Below, in pieces: positions 45,958 through 55,299 of a DNA stretch of 64,000 bases. The notes under the pieces were generated by a model, which had not been told where the DNA came from, did no database searches, and was given only the letters and a program-made list of their open reading frames with translations. Where the stretch lies: positions 4,853 to 68,852 of the IMG/VR virus record IMGVR_UViG_3300048853_000062; one strand, written 5' to 3'. Every line of letters begins with the position of its first letter. Position 1 is the first letter of the stretch. The stretch comes from a virus (lineage: Duplodnaviria; Caudoviricetes). A program made the position numbers and the translations under genes.

Positions 45958-47390
45958 TGCCACGCCATTCATCCAGCAAGCAGCGCGTCCCTTCCGGCAC
46001 TCAGCCGGGCGAAGTGATCACCCGCGCCGACGTCGCGAACATCTCGACCGACATCATGCTCAGCGACCTGATGAATCCGTGGGGCATGATCAAGGCGGTC
46101 GACGCTACGAACGGGCCTTGGACGGCGGACACCGGCATCACCGCCGGCCTGCCGACGGCGTTCCCCGCCGTGTCCGGGAAAACGTTCTACGCGTGGAACT
46201 CTGGCATCTTCAACTTGCAGTCGCAGAACTGGCAGGCAGCGGGCACCGCCGCCGGCCAGAACGCGTCGGGGTACTCGGCGGCAATCAACAAGTCGACGCC
46301 ACGGTTGTGGACGTTTGGGTCGTTGACCGGGCAGCCCGTCGAGTCGATGATCGACGTGAACTTCATGACCGACTCGGCGGCCGTGACGTTCGTCTACTAC
46401 TCGCGGCTCGCCGACCAGCAGGGCTCGACCACCCACACCGACATGACCGTCGCGGCCGAGGTGAACGGTCAGATGATGGAACTCGGTGCCCTGCCAGCGG
46501 TGAACACCGCTGGCACCGGCAACAAGTACCGGACCATCACGATGCAGCAGGCCCGCATGGCCGAGTGGCGGGCACTGCTGCCGGGCAACTGCTACTTCAT
46601 CGGCATCCTCGTCGACACCGGATCCACTGTCCGCAAGGCCCCGAACAAGCTGCTGCTGGCCTACAACGGCGACTCGTGGGGCGAGGCGGGCGGCTGCACG
46701 CTCGCCTCGCCGATCGGCGGGGCCTGGCCGACGGGCACGCATCGCACGCACTTCCTGCCCACCTCGATCATTCGCCTGACCAACGCCGCGATGGTTCAGT
46801 CGGGCTTCGGCGGCACGGGCGAGGTGAACGCGAACGGCACTGCTGGCGACGCCAATTACGTGAACGCCGATGGATCGTCGGTGTTCCACGGTGTCAGCCG
46901 AATCAACTACTTCATCAACACGTTTGGTGCACGCAACCCGCTGGTTCTGCACCTCGGCGGGTGGAACGACCGTGACTCCGGGTTCAACCAGGCGCAATAT
47001 CAGGCGCGGGTGCAGGAGGGAATCCAGCGGTGGATCGCGGCGAAGGCCGACATCAAACTGTTCTATGGGTCGATCCAAAACGTGTGGCTCCCCGGCGAGG
47101 GATCGCTCACCGCCGCTCTAACGGCGATGACCAACGGCCAGGTCGCCGCCTTCGCCGCAGGCCGCGCCGCGTACCCGAACAACGTTCTGGGGTGGATGGA
47201 CTTCCGCAACATGTGGCCTGACGGGTCGACGGGCGCGACCAGCCAGCGGACAGTGAACACCAACGCCGCCGACACCATCCATCTGCACGTCAAGGGTGGC
47301 TACTCGGTGGCCAACTACATCGTGTCGCTGCTCAAGGACATCAGGCTCCCGCAGAGCTACTACAACGCGATGAAGGGATGGGCAGGCTGA
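45957..47390 (+). CDS. SGNH/GDSL hydrolase-domain tail-associated protein
   Basis: Block I NGDSW, block III LGGWND, block V DTIH. Confidence 0.8.
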   Translation: MPRHSSSKQRVPSGTQPGEVITRADVANISTDIMLSDLMNPWGMIKAVDATNGPWTADTGITAGLPTAFPAVSGKTFYAWNSGIFNLQSQNWQAAGTAAGQNASGYSAAINKSTPRLWTFGSLTGQPVESMIDVNFMTDSAAVTFVYYSRLADQQGSTTHTDMTVAAEVNGQMMELGALPAVNTAGTGNKYRTITMQQARMAEWRALLPGNCYFIGILVDTGSTVRKAPNKLLLAYNGDSWGEAGGCTLASPIGGAWPTGTHRTHFLPTSIIRLTNAAMVQSGFGGTGEVNANGTAGDANYVNADGSSVFHGVSRINYFINTFGARNPLVLHLGGWNDRDSGFNQAQYQARVQEGIQRWIAAKADIKLFYGSIQNVWLPGEGSLTAALTAMTNGQVAAFAAGRAAYPNNVLGWMDFRNMWPDGSTGATSQRTVNTNAADTIHLHVKGGYSVANYIVSLLKDIRLPQSYYNAMKGWAG

Positions 47391-47686
47391 TGAGTCACGA
47401 AGAGCCGCTGGTTGATCCGGCGTCGGAGGCGATCCTCATCCCACTCGATGAGTGGCCCGTCATCACTCCGGAACCGGCGCCGGAGGTGTCGCCGGAGCAG
47501 TCGCGGCGCGAGGAGCAACTGAACGCACAGTGGACCGCCCAGGAGCAGGAGTGCCGCGCCTACCTCGAGGCGGTCGGCACGGCGACGGCGGGCATGGGCG
47601 AGGACGAGGTTAACGCGTATTGCCGCGACCTGGAGGCGTGGAACGACGCCGTCGCCGGCGGGCCACGCCACGCGGACCAGCCATGA
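47390..47686 (+). CDS. Hypothetical protein
   Basis: TGATG coupling. Confidence 0.65.
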   Translation: MSHEEPLVDPASEAILIPLDEWPVITPEPAPEVSPEQSRREEQLNAQWTAQEQECRAYLEAVGTATAGMGEDEVNAYCRDLEAWNDAVAGGPRHADQP

Positions 47687-47874
47687 CACTCCTCGAACGA
47701 CTCGACGCCTTCGCCACCGACGACCCCGACTACAACGAGGGACACCCCGAGGACCGCTGCCCGTTGTGCGAGCTGCCGGTCTCAGACCACCCCACCTGGA
47801 AGCACCGGCGGCGCGCACTGCTGCCCGTGCTGGTGCGTGTGCCGTGGCCTGGGTGGATCGGCAAGTCGAAGTGA
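47683..47874 (+). CDS. Small hypothetical protein
   Basis: ATGA overlap; CPLC motif. Confidence 0.6.
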   Translation: MTLLERLDAFATDDPDYNEGHPEDRCPLCELPVSDHPTWKHRRRALLPVLVRVPWPGWIGKSK

Positions 47875-47993
47875 TGCCCAACGTCGCGGCCATCGTTGGT
47901 GGCGGCGCGGCCGGGCTCGGCCTGGCCGCCGTCGCCGGTGCGGTCCTCCTGTACTTCGGCCTCCTCGACGCCGACCTGAAGCTCACCCGCTAA
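47874..47993 (+). CDS. Small membrane protein (39 aa)
   Basis: TGATG coupling; single TM. Confidence 0.6.
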   Translation: MPNVAAIVGGGAAGLGLAAVAGAVLLYFGLLDADLKLTR

Positions 47994-48005
47994 CCAAAGA
48001 CACCA

Positions 48006-48038
48006 GGCACCCCGGCCGCACCGCGGCGCGGGGATGTC
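48006..48038 (+). terminator. GC-rich hairpin before lysin A
   Basis: GGCA-CCCCG-GCCGC / GCGGC-CGGGG-TGTC stem with bulges; no U tract. Confidence 0.35.
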
Positions 48039-48057
48039 GCCATGCCCGAGGAGTCCC

Positions 48058-49719
48058 ATGCCCGTAACACGCGCGAACGTCGAGGCGACGAAGGCGTTCA
48101 TCCGTGCCCGCCTTGGCAACCCGTACGTATACGGCGGCGCACTGTCAACGAACGTCAAGCAGGGCACCGACTGCTCCGAGGTGTGGCAGACCGTCCTTGA
48201 GATGGTGCATGGCCGCTGGAAGGCCGGCCGCCAGTCCGAGGGCGCGACAACCGAGTCGTACCGCTACGTCAACGTCGGCGGTGTCGGACCCTTCGGCACC
48301 ATCCGCGTCGCGCACTGGCGCGACATCCCGGCCAACGCTGCAGCGAAGCTCGCGTTCCACCACGGACCCGGTGGCGGGGCGAACTCGCACATGTGGGGCG
48401 AACTCGACGGCATGCGCATCGAATCCGGTGGAAGCAAGGGGCTTGTCACCGCGCCGCGCGCGCTGGCGATCGACAACTCATACGGCACCGCGTGGGCCTA
48501 CCTGCCCGGCCCCATCGCCGACGACGGCACCCCGATCCCGCCGGCGCCCGCCGAGGTGGTCATGCTCGGCCGGCGTCATGAGTCCAGCGGCGACCGCGTG
48601 CGTCAGCTCCAGGAGGCACTCAACCGTAACGGCGCGAGCATCGAAGCCGACGGCGACTTCGGCCCGCTCACCGAGTCGGCCGTCACCGCGTACCAGCGGT
48701 CCAAGGGGCTCGAGATCGACGGTGTCGCGGGCCCGGCGACACTGGCATCACTTGGCCTGAAGTTCGGCGCACCACCACCGCCACCGCCCGGCCCACCCCC
48801 AACGTCTACGACAGGCGGACTCACCCCCGCGGTGCTGCACCGCATCATGGACAGGCGCCTACCGCTCGACCGGTACGCCGAGCTGCTGCCCGGTGTCCTT
48901 CAATGCCTGCGCGACAGCGGCTGCCACACGATCGAGCGCCGAGCCATGTGGTTCGCCCAGATCGGCCATGAGTCAGGCGGATTCGTCCACAAACGCGAAC
49001 TCGCCAGCGGCGACGCCTACGACACCCGCACCGACCTCGGCAACACCCCGCAGGTCGACGGCGACGGCGCCCGCTACAAGGGCCGCGGATGGGTGCAACT
49101 GACTGGCGCCGGCCACTACCGCGACATCTCACGGTGGGCACACGGCCTCGGATTGGTCCCCACGCCGACGTGGTTCTTCGACCACCCCGAGCAGATGGAA
49201 ACCGACGCCAACGCGTTCCTCGTCACCCGCTACTACTGGACCGTCGCGCGCCCGCAGATGAACAGCCTCGCCGACCGTCGCGACCTCCTCGGCGCCACCC
49301 GTGCCGTCAACGGCGGCACCAACGGCCTCGACGACCGACGCGACTTCTACACCCGCGCACTGGCCGCCGGCGCCGATCTGCTCGACCCAAGCCCACTCGA
49401 CGAACTGGAGGCAATCCTCATGGCCAACGAACCCCGCCCCTCGCAGTCCCACTTCCGCGCCGACAACAAGCCCGTGCTCACCCCGCTCGACGCGCTCTAT
49501 CAGGCGAACGCCATGAAGCACGAGGAGATGGTCATCGAGGCCGCCGAGGACGGCGAACTCTGGGCCATCCAAGACCTCGCCAAGCTCGCCGCCGGCGTCC
49601 TGCCCGGCGCGAAGGATCCCGACGGTCCGTTCTGGGTCGCCCGGGCAGCCAAGAAGCTCAACGAAATCTACGCCGCACGACCCGATCTCATCACTGCAGC
49701 CACCCCCGGAAAGGCATGA
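48058..49719 (+). CDS. lysA: Lysin A (NlpC/P60-like peptidase, PG-binding domain, GH19 glycosidase)
   Basis: YVYGG...TDCS...SHM; DGDFGPLTESAVTAYQ...DGVAGPAT; QIGHESGG...YKGRGWVQLTG. Confidence 0.9.
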   Translation: MPVTRANVEATKAFIRARLGNPYVYGGALSTNVKQGTDCSEVWQTVLEMVHGRWKAGRQSEGATTESYRYVNVGGVGPFGTIRVAHWRDIPANAAAKLAFHHGPGGGANSHMWGELDGMRIESGGSKGLVTAPRALAIDNSYGTAWAYLPGPIADDGTPIPPAPAEVVMLGRRHESSGDRVRQLQEALNRNGASIEADGDFGPLTESAVTAYQRSKGLEIDGVAGPATLASLGLKFGAPPPPPPGPPPTSTTGGLTPAVLHRIMDRRLPLDRYAELLPGVLQCLRDSGCHTIERRAMWFAQIGHESGGFVHKRELASGDAYDTRTDLGNTPQVDGDGARYKGRGWVQLTGAGHYRDISRWAHGLGLVPTPTWFFDHPEQMETDANAFLVTRYYWTVARPQMNSLADRRDLLGATRAVNGGTNGLDDRRDFYTRALAAGADLLDPSPLDELEAILMANEPRPSQSHFRADNKPVLTPLDALYQANAMKHEEMVIEAAEDGELWAIQDLAKLAAGVLPGAKDPDGPFWVARAAKKLNEIYAARPDLITAATPGKA

Positions 49720-50201
49720 CCATGAGCGACCAGACCAAGATCAACACCGCTGGCCCCGTCGACCCCGGCGCAGCCGGGCGCGCCAAGCTGTACGCGGGGC
49801 TGGCGCTCGTCACCCCGCTGCTGTCGTTCCTCGCGACCTTCGGCATCTTCACCGCCGACCAGGTGAGCAGCGTCAACGGCTTCCTTACCGCCGCATTGGG
49901 ACTGCTCGGCACATTCGGCTTCGGCCTTGCTGCATCGAAGACCAACAAGCAGGTCCACGACGGCACGTTCGACCAGGTCGCCAACCCGGTCGATGACGCA
50001 TTCAAGGCCATCGCGGTCATCAGGCAGCAGGCCGACGACACCCTGAACCACGCGGTGACCCAGGCCGCGCAGGCGACCCAAGCGATCCAGAGCGCCACCG
50101 CGATGATCCCCGGCGGCTTCGGTGGCGTGACCGGTGCCGTGCTGCCCGGTGCGGTCGGCGACCTGATCCAGTGGGCGCGCGACAACACCGACGGCCGGTA
50201 G
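49716..50201 (+). CDS. Holin
   Basis: Two TM helices, dual ATG (49716/49722), between lysA and lysB. Confidence 0.8.
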   Translation: MTMSDQTKINTAGPVDPGAAGRAKLYAGLALVTPLLSFLATFGIFTADQVSSVNGFLTAALGLLGTFGFGLAASKTNKQVHDGTFDQVANPVDDAFKAIAVIRQQADDTLNHAVTQAAQATQAIQSATAMIPGGFGGVTGAVLPGAVGDLIQWARDNTDGR

Positions 50202-51197
50202 GTGGCGCTCGACCTCGGCTCTTCGGGGCTGTTGACCGGAGCCTGGACCGCAACGATGCTCACGCGGTACCCGGCCTACGCGCTGGGTCGCGACGGCACG
50301 CGGCTCAAGAACGACCGGTACTTCGGCTACGACGAGCAGGGCGTGCAGCGGGAGTACCAGCGGCGCACGGGACAGCCGCAGACGGGCAGGGTGTCGGATG
50401 ACGACCTGCACCGCCTGGGGCTCCTGCCGTCGCTGATCACCACGCACGGCACCGGCCAGCCCGACCCGTTCGGGATCGGCTACCCCGCCGACATGGCGCG
50501 GCGGCTGCTGCACCTCTACCGCTGGAAGCCGGTCGGGAACTACCCTGCCATCGCCGTGCCAATGGACGACAGCGCCGACGCGGGCGAGCGCGAGATCAAC
50601 CGGTTCATCGACGACCCGTTCATCGTGCCGAGCGTGACCGCGTGGATCGACTTCAGCCAGGGGTCCATCTGCGCGGGTCGCGTCCGCAATCGCATCCGAG
50701 CGGGCAAGGCACGCCACGAGGTGACGATCCTCGGCGGCGTGACGTTCGGCAACCCGATGCGCCCGGACGGCTCCTACGCGGGCAACGTCGACCCCGGCAC
50801 CGGCGGCCTGGACCCGACGCTGGAGACGGCCACCGAGCCCGGCCTGATTCACATGGCCGCGAAGGGCGACATGTACACCGCCCGGGCGAAGGGCAATGCG
50901 GGGGAGTTCCAGCGTGCGATCTTCCTGCTGGTGTTCAAGCGGATCGGCGGCGTCGACGGTCTCGTCGAGCAGTTCGGCGAGTTGTTCACCAACCCGTGGA
51001 TCGAGATCCCCGCGGCCATCAACGCGATGCTCAAGGCGGGCATGTTCTTCGCCAAGGGAACCGGCCCGCACGTCCGGTATCACGTCGACCAGTGCCCCGG
51101 CACCGGACAGACCTACTACGAGTACGGCATCCAACACCTCGAGCAGCTGGCCACCGCGCGGTTGCAACGCATCGTCGACCAGGCCAAGTCGGCGTAG
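50202..51197 (+). CDS. lysB: Lysin B (cutinase-like mycolyl-arabinogalactan esterase)
   Basis: WKPVGNYPA...PM, FSQG nucleophile elbow, VTFGNPMR, GDMY, PHVRY. Confidence 0.9.
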   Translation: MALDLGSSGLLTGAWTATMLTRYPAYALGRDGTRLKNDRYFGYDEQGVQREYQRRTGQPQTGRVSDDDLHRLGLLPSLITTHGTGQPDPFGIGYPADMARRLLHLYRWKPVGNYPAIAVPMDDSADAGEREINRFIDDPFIVPSVTAWIDFSQGSICAGRVRNRIRAGKARHEVTILGGVTFGNPMRPDGSYAGNVDPGTGGLDPTLETATEPGLIHMAAKGDMYTARAKGNAGEFQRAIFLLVFKRIGGVDGLVEQFGELFTNPWIEIPAAINAMLKAGMFFAKGTGPHVRYHVDQCPGTGQTYYEYGIQHLEQLATARLQRIVDQAKSA

Positions 51198-51203
51198 ACG
51201 CGG

Positions 51204-51446
51204 ATGATCCGCACGACGGTAGCGGCGATCATCGTGGCTGCGTCCTTGGTGATCGCGCTGCCACCACCCTCAGCGGCGGCCGGTCCGGCGCCCTACCAGT
51301 GCCCGAGGAGCCAAGCCCACGTATGGGACAAACGGCAGTGCACCCAACTCGACGCCCCGGGCCGCTTCCCCGCCGGTGGTGGTGGCGGCGGGGGAGGCGG
51401 GGGACTGCTCGGAGCCATACGCGACGCGATTGGAAGCATCCTGTGA
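51204..51446 (+). CDS. Small secreted protein
   Basis: Signal peptide, two Cys, poly-Gly. Confidence 0.7.
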   Translation: MIRTTVAAIIVAASLVIALPPPSAAAGPAPYQCPRSQAHVWDKRQCTQLDAPGRFPAGGGGGGGGGGLLGAIRDAIGSIL

Positions 51447-51970
51447 AACGCACGATGGAACGTCTCGACTGCTGGTGGACGAAGACGTCGCCGGAGCGGC
51501 GGGTCGACTTCAACCTCGGCAACCTGTGCATGCTCCTGGGCCTGATGATCCCGTCGCTGTCGATCGTGCTGCGCGGCCCGATAGAGGTGTCCGTCGTCAA
51601 CGACATGCCCGAGTGGCTGCAAGTCGGCATGTGCGCGCTGATCTTCGTGGGGTGCGGGATGAAGCTGCACGGCGCGATCGGCGGCCGCAGGTTCTACTTC
51701 CCGAACATGTCGTTGAAGCGTTGCTACCGCTGGGGATACACCGGGGCACCGCTGGCGACCATCGGTTCGTTCGTCTACGGCTACTACCTCGTGTCGGGAC
51801 TCAACGACTTCTGGTCGGCGATGGGGTCGATCTCCACGCCGATATTCGGGATTGGGGTCTCGGCGCAGGCAGTCATCTACCGCCTCGAGGTTCGCAGGAT
51901 CGAACGAAACGAGGCTGTGCTCACCGAGTCGCGTAAGTCGGCGAAACAGGAAGAGCGGCATGAAGACTGA
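51443..51970 (+). CDS. Multi-pass membrane protein (lysis-cassette associated)
   Basis: Four hydrophobic segments; GTGA overlap. Confidence 0.75.
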   Translation: MKRTMERLDCWWTKTSPERRVDFNLGNLCMLLGLMIPSLSIVLRGPIEVSVVNDMPEWLQVGMCALIFVGCGMKLHGAIGGRRFYFPNMSLKRCYRWGYTGAPLATIGSFVYGYYLVSGLNDFWSAMGSISTPIFGIGVSAQAVIYRLEVRRIERNEAVLTESRKSAKQEERHED

Positions 51971-52421
51971 GATATTCATCGCGCTCATCATCGCGATGAC
52001 AGGTGCCGCGACGACCGCGTGGAATGTCTACGAGCGGTGGCGTGACCGCAAGCTCAACAAGCAGAAGACGACCGGCGAGGTCGAACTAACTGCTGAGGAG
52101 CGCAAGCAGGTCGCCGCCCAGGCCGCGAAGATCAACTCCGACGAGCGCATCGAAACCGAGCGGTGGTGGAAGGAACAGTTCGACGCGGTCAAGGAGGAGC
52201 TGCGTGAGACCCGGGAGAAGGCTGCGGCCGAACTCGAGATCGAACGTAGGTGGCGGGCTCGAATCACGAAGTACATCCGCCGGCATCAGCCGTGGGACAT
52301 CGAGATGGAGCGTATCGCCCGGGAGAACAACTGGCCGGTCAGCCCTGCGCCTCGCATCGACCTGACCGGCGAGGATGACGATGACGATGAGCCGCTAGAC
52401 CAGAATCCCTGGCATCAGTAA
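51960..52421 (+). CDS. Single-TM coiled-coil protein (lysis-cassette associated)
   Basis: N-terminal TM, coiled coil, HQPWD motif. Confidence 0.75.
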   Translation: MKTEIFIALIIAMTGAATTAWNVYERWRDRKLNKQKTTGEVELTAEERKQVAAQAAKINSDERIETERWWKEQFDAVKEELRETREKAAAELEIERRWRARITKYIRRHQPWDIEMERIARENNWPVSPAPRIDLTGEDDDDDEPLDQNPWHQ

Positions 52422-52454
52422 AGCCGAAATATGTTGCGGTACAATATAATACGA

Positions 52455-52483
52455 TTGCACAGCTGCGCATTGGGTGTTATCGT
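52455..52483 (+). promoter_or_regulatory. Strong SigA-type promoter, leaderless transcript
   Basis: TTGCAC (52455-52460), 17-nt spacer, TATCGT (52478-52483) with extended TG; ATG at 52490. Confidence 0.7.
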
Positions 52484-52489
52484 TATGGC

Positions 52490-52738
52490 ATGAGCACGGC
52501 AGTCGCCCCGGTCACCACCGACCAAGTCATCGACACCATCACCGCGGCGGGCCTCGACTACCACGACTTCAAGTGCGGCACCGTCGCCAAGCGGTCGACC
52601 TGGGTCCCCGCCGGGACGAGCTTCAACGTCTGGGCCGAGATCGCGGAGTTCCCCAGCCGCTACGACGCCGAGACGATCGCCCGGGCCTGGGGCCTGGCAG
52701 GGATACCCGATCCCTACGCCGACGACGAGGCGGGGTGA
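52490..52738 (+). CDS. Moron-type hypothetical protein (82 aa)
   Basis: Own promoter and terminator; protein-like composition. Confidence 0.75.
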   Translation: MSTAVAPVTTDQVIDTITAAGLDYHDFKCGTVAKRSTWVPAGTSFNVWAEIAEFPSRYDAETIARAWGLAGIPDPYADDEAG

Positions 52739-52779
52739 CCCGCGTGGAGTGATCTTGATCTGCGGTCGCGCCTACACAT

Positions 52780-52823
52780 ACGAACTGCCCCCACCCAGCT
52801 CCGGCTCGGTGGGGGCAGTTCGT
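52780..52823. terminator. Bidirectional terminator hairpin
   Basis: Perfect 16-bp inverted repeat ACGAACTGCCCCCACC / GGTGGGGGCAGTTCGT between convergent genes. Confidence 0.8.
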
Positions 52824-52863
52824 CGTTGCGGCGCACGCGCTCGGCGGCCTGGCCGATCTGTAA

Positions 52864-53220
52864 CTAGCCGCCGATGTATCCGGGCTCGCCTGGCGGAATG
52901 GAGTCAGCAGTGAGGACGTACTTCTCGACCGGTCCCTGCCAAGCTGGGGACCGCTCGCGCGACCACTGAGGGCATTCGTCGTAGCCCTCGAAGACACCAC
53001 CGCAACTGCTGCTGACGAACTCGGGATGCGAGAACCATCGCCACCGCTCCCATGACCCATCGGGTTGAATCGGTAGATCGCAGATCTCCCGAATCTGCGG
53101 GTTGAGCCCCAGGATCGGGACGCGCTCGCAGCCGGGCGGCGGCGGGTCAGCGTGCGCAGGAGTGGCGCACAGCACCGTGCTCGCCGCTGCGGCTACGACG
53201 ACCGCCAGCATCTTCCCCAT
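52864..53220 (-). CDS. Secreted CDGP-like domain protein
   Basis: Signal peptide ending PAHA-D; ICDLPIQPDGSWER...EKYVLTADSIPPGEPG. Confidence 0.75.
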   Translation of the reverse strand: MGKMLAVVVAAAASTVLCATPAHADPPPPGCERVPILGLNPQIREICDLPIQPDGSWERWRWFSHPEFVSSSCGGVFEGYDECPQWSRERSPAWQGPVEKYVLTADSIPPGEPGYIGG

Positions 53221-53360
53221 GGCTCCCCCTGTTTGCTGCCGAAGGGTGGAGTGTAGGCACGGCGCACCCAAGATCGCATCTACGCACCAGCTTCGGCCCA
53301 AGCGGCGGGGATTTGTGCCATTCGGAGACGCCGACAGCCGGAGCGCCGACAATAGTCGAC

Positions 53361-53555
53361 ATGCCTCAGAAGCACGGTTCGATTGATTTCGAGAACAACC
53401 CCCAAATCACGCACATGAAGCACGAAGATGCTGCACGGGCCGCGATCGCCCGGCGACACCCGGAGTACGTGAATGTCGTGATTACGGGCGAAGGCGGCCC
53501 GATGGGCGGCACACAGCGCACTGCCACATTCAGCTACGACGTGGCCGCCGAGTAG
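53361..53555 (+). CDS. Small hypothetical protein
   Basis: 64 aa from ATG 53361; divergent from the CDGP gene. Confidence 0.6.
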   Translation: MPQKHGSIDFENNPQITHMKHEDAARAAIARRHPEYVNVVITGEGGPMGGTQRTATFSYDVAAE

Positions 53556-53565
53556 TAGGGGGACC

Positions 53566-53811
53566 GTGAGCGTCGGAGACCTTTACCGCACCGCCCGCGG
53601 GTGGGCGGTCACTGCGCCGACCCACTGCCCGGACGGCCATCGCATGGGTCCCGGCCAGGTCCTCGTGGGGAACCAGCCGTGCGGCGGTGGCGCGCACCCC
53701 GGTTCACACCTCACCTGGACATGTCGCGAATGCGGGGCGACCGCCTACCACCCACCGCTCGGTTCGGCGTGCCGGATCTTGCACGGCGGCGCTGGCGTCC
53801 GCAACGTCTAA
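53566..53811 (+). CDS. Small Cys/His zinc-binding protein
   Basis: APTHCPDGH...NQPC...HLTWTCRECG...HPPL...C. Confidence 0.7.
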   Translation: MSVGDLYRTARGWAVTAPTHCPDGHRMGPGQVLVGNQPCGGGAHPGSHLTWTCRECGATAYHPPLGSACRILHGGAGVRNV

Positions 53812-54416
53812 CCGCCGATCTGCCTGACCGGCGGGTAGGGATCTACACCGAGCGCGACGATCTCGGCCGGAATGGGACCGATGGGCACTTCCTTGGCTCC
53901 CACACCGATGACAAACCAAGCCTGCTGTGGCGCACCCGCGGCTCGCTCTGCAAGCTCGACGTGTCCTCGTACGAGATCGACGCTCGCAAAGAACCGCGTA
54001 CGGCCGCCGGGCGGCACCTCTATTGGCAATTCGATGTTGCCTTCGAGGTTCAGATGCGCGTTGTGCCCGCCTGTCCCGCTGGGTTGAGCACGCACATCGA
54101 TCGTGTCGATGAACAGCGGGGCGCGACCGACATTGGCCACGAACGCTCCGACCACCAGCCGATCGAACATCGGCGCATCTCGCGCCTTCTCCATCTCTTT
54201 GACGGTGGTCTCAACGTCCTTGCGGACATTGGGTGCGATGACGCCGTGATTACCGAAGACGCCACCGTAAATGAGGTGGCAACGGGGGAGGGGGCCTTGC
54301 CGCTTGAACGTGTGGATGCTCCACCAGATGCCAAATGTCGACGCGATGATCCCGAAGAACGTGCCCACACCACCAAGGACGAGTGCTGCTTCGGTGAGCC
54401 CGTTATCTTCGCCCAT
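53808..54416 (-). CDS. Membrane-anchored hypothetical protein
   Basis: N-terminal TM then beta-rich domain (VANVGRAPLFIDTI). Confidence 0.7.
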   Translation of the reverse strand: MGEDNGLTEAALVLGGVGTFFGIIASTFGIWWSIHTFKRQGPLPRCHLIYGGVFGNHGVIAPNVRKDVETTVKEMEKARDAPMFDRLVVGAFVANVGRAPLFIDTIDVRAQPSGTGGHNAHLNLEGNIELPIEVPPGGRTRFFASVDLVRGHVELAERAAGAPQQAWFVIGVGAKEVPIGPIPAEIVALGVDPYPPVRQIGG

Positions 54417-54590
54417 CTATGGACTCGACCCAGTTTGTTCAGCTCGTTCATCGAGCAGCTCGTCTGCGCGGTGAGGTGAGGGCGTCGGCCAGCCCTGCTC
54501 GCGGCATGCGGATCGAATGTCGACGATGAGACGGAGTTTCGAGTCGATGTCCTCGACGTTGCGCCCCTGATCCGCAGGTGTCAGCGCCAT
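54417..54590 (-). CDS. Small hypothetical protein
   Basis: MALTPADQGRNVEDIDSKLRLIVDIR...ADELLDER. Confidence 0.6.
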   Translation of the reverse strand: MALTPADQGRNVEDIDSKLRLIVDIRSACREQGWPTPSPHRADELLDERAEQTGSSP

Positions 54591-54958
54591 CCGCCACGCG
54601 CCGGTTGTGCGGTTCGGGCGCCGCGCGCCAATGGAGTCGTCGGCGCCGGCTCGTAGCGTGCCGGTAGGTGGATTGGCTGAGGCATCGAGCGGGCGACCAT
54701 CTGCGCGTGCTCGTAGTCCGCGCGCCGCACCAGGGCCTGACGCTCCTTGGCCCGGCGGGACAGGGCGCGCACCCCGAGGAAGGCAACGACGCCGACGGTC
54801 AGCGCCGCTCCAAGCCCGGGGTATACGGCGAAGACCCCGCTCATCCACACGAGGGTGAGTAGGCCGCCGGCCACGGCCAGGAACGGGTGACGGTCGTGCC
54901 AGCTGCCGTAGCTGCATTCATCCTGGTGTCCGCATCGCGGGCAGATGTGCTCGGTCAT
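54581..54958 (-). CDS. Membrane protein with an N-terminal CxxC
   Basis: HICPRCGH, two TM helices; AGGAAG RBS. Confidence 0.7.
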   Translation of the reverse strand: MTEHICPRCGHQDECSYGSWHDRHPFLAVAGGLLTLVWMSGVFAVYPGLGAALTVGVVAFLGVRALSRRAKERQALVRRADYEHAQMVARSMPQPIHLPARYEPAPTTPLARGARTAQPARGGWR

Positions 54959-54978
54959 CGTGCTTCCTGTCGTGTCGG

Positions 54979-55299
54979 TCAGTTGCAGAGGCGCGTCGTA
55001 GCGGCGTCGAGGATGCTGGTGGCTTCGGCGGGGGAGTAGCCGCGGCCGGCCACGACGTTCACGGCGTCGTCGCGATCGGAGCCGGGCACCTCGAGCATCC
55101 CGCACCCCATCCAGGCCGCGTCGGACACCTTCCATGCCGGGTCGAGGTAGCCGAACCCGTCGTCCTCGATGTCCTGAAAGAACTGGTCGATGAACGGCGA
55201 CTCGGACTCGACGTCACCGACGGGTTGGGCGCCGGCCGCGGCTGGTGGCAGAAATGCGAGCGCGAGTACGGCTGCAACCATCGAAATAGTCCCCCTCAT
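54979..55299 (-). CDS. DUF732 domain secreted protein
   Basis: Signal peptide; FFQDIEDDGF...AAWMGCGML...ILDAATTRLC. Confidence 0.8.
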   Translation of the reverse strand: MRGTISMVAAVLALAFLPPAAAGAQPVGDVESESPFIDQFFQDIEDDGFGYLDPAWKVSDAAWMGCGMLEVPGSDRDDAVNVVAGRGYSPAEATSILDAATTRLCN

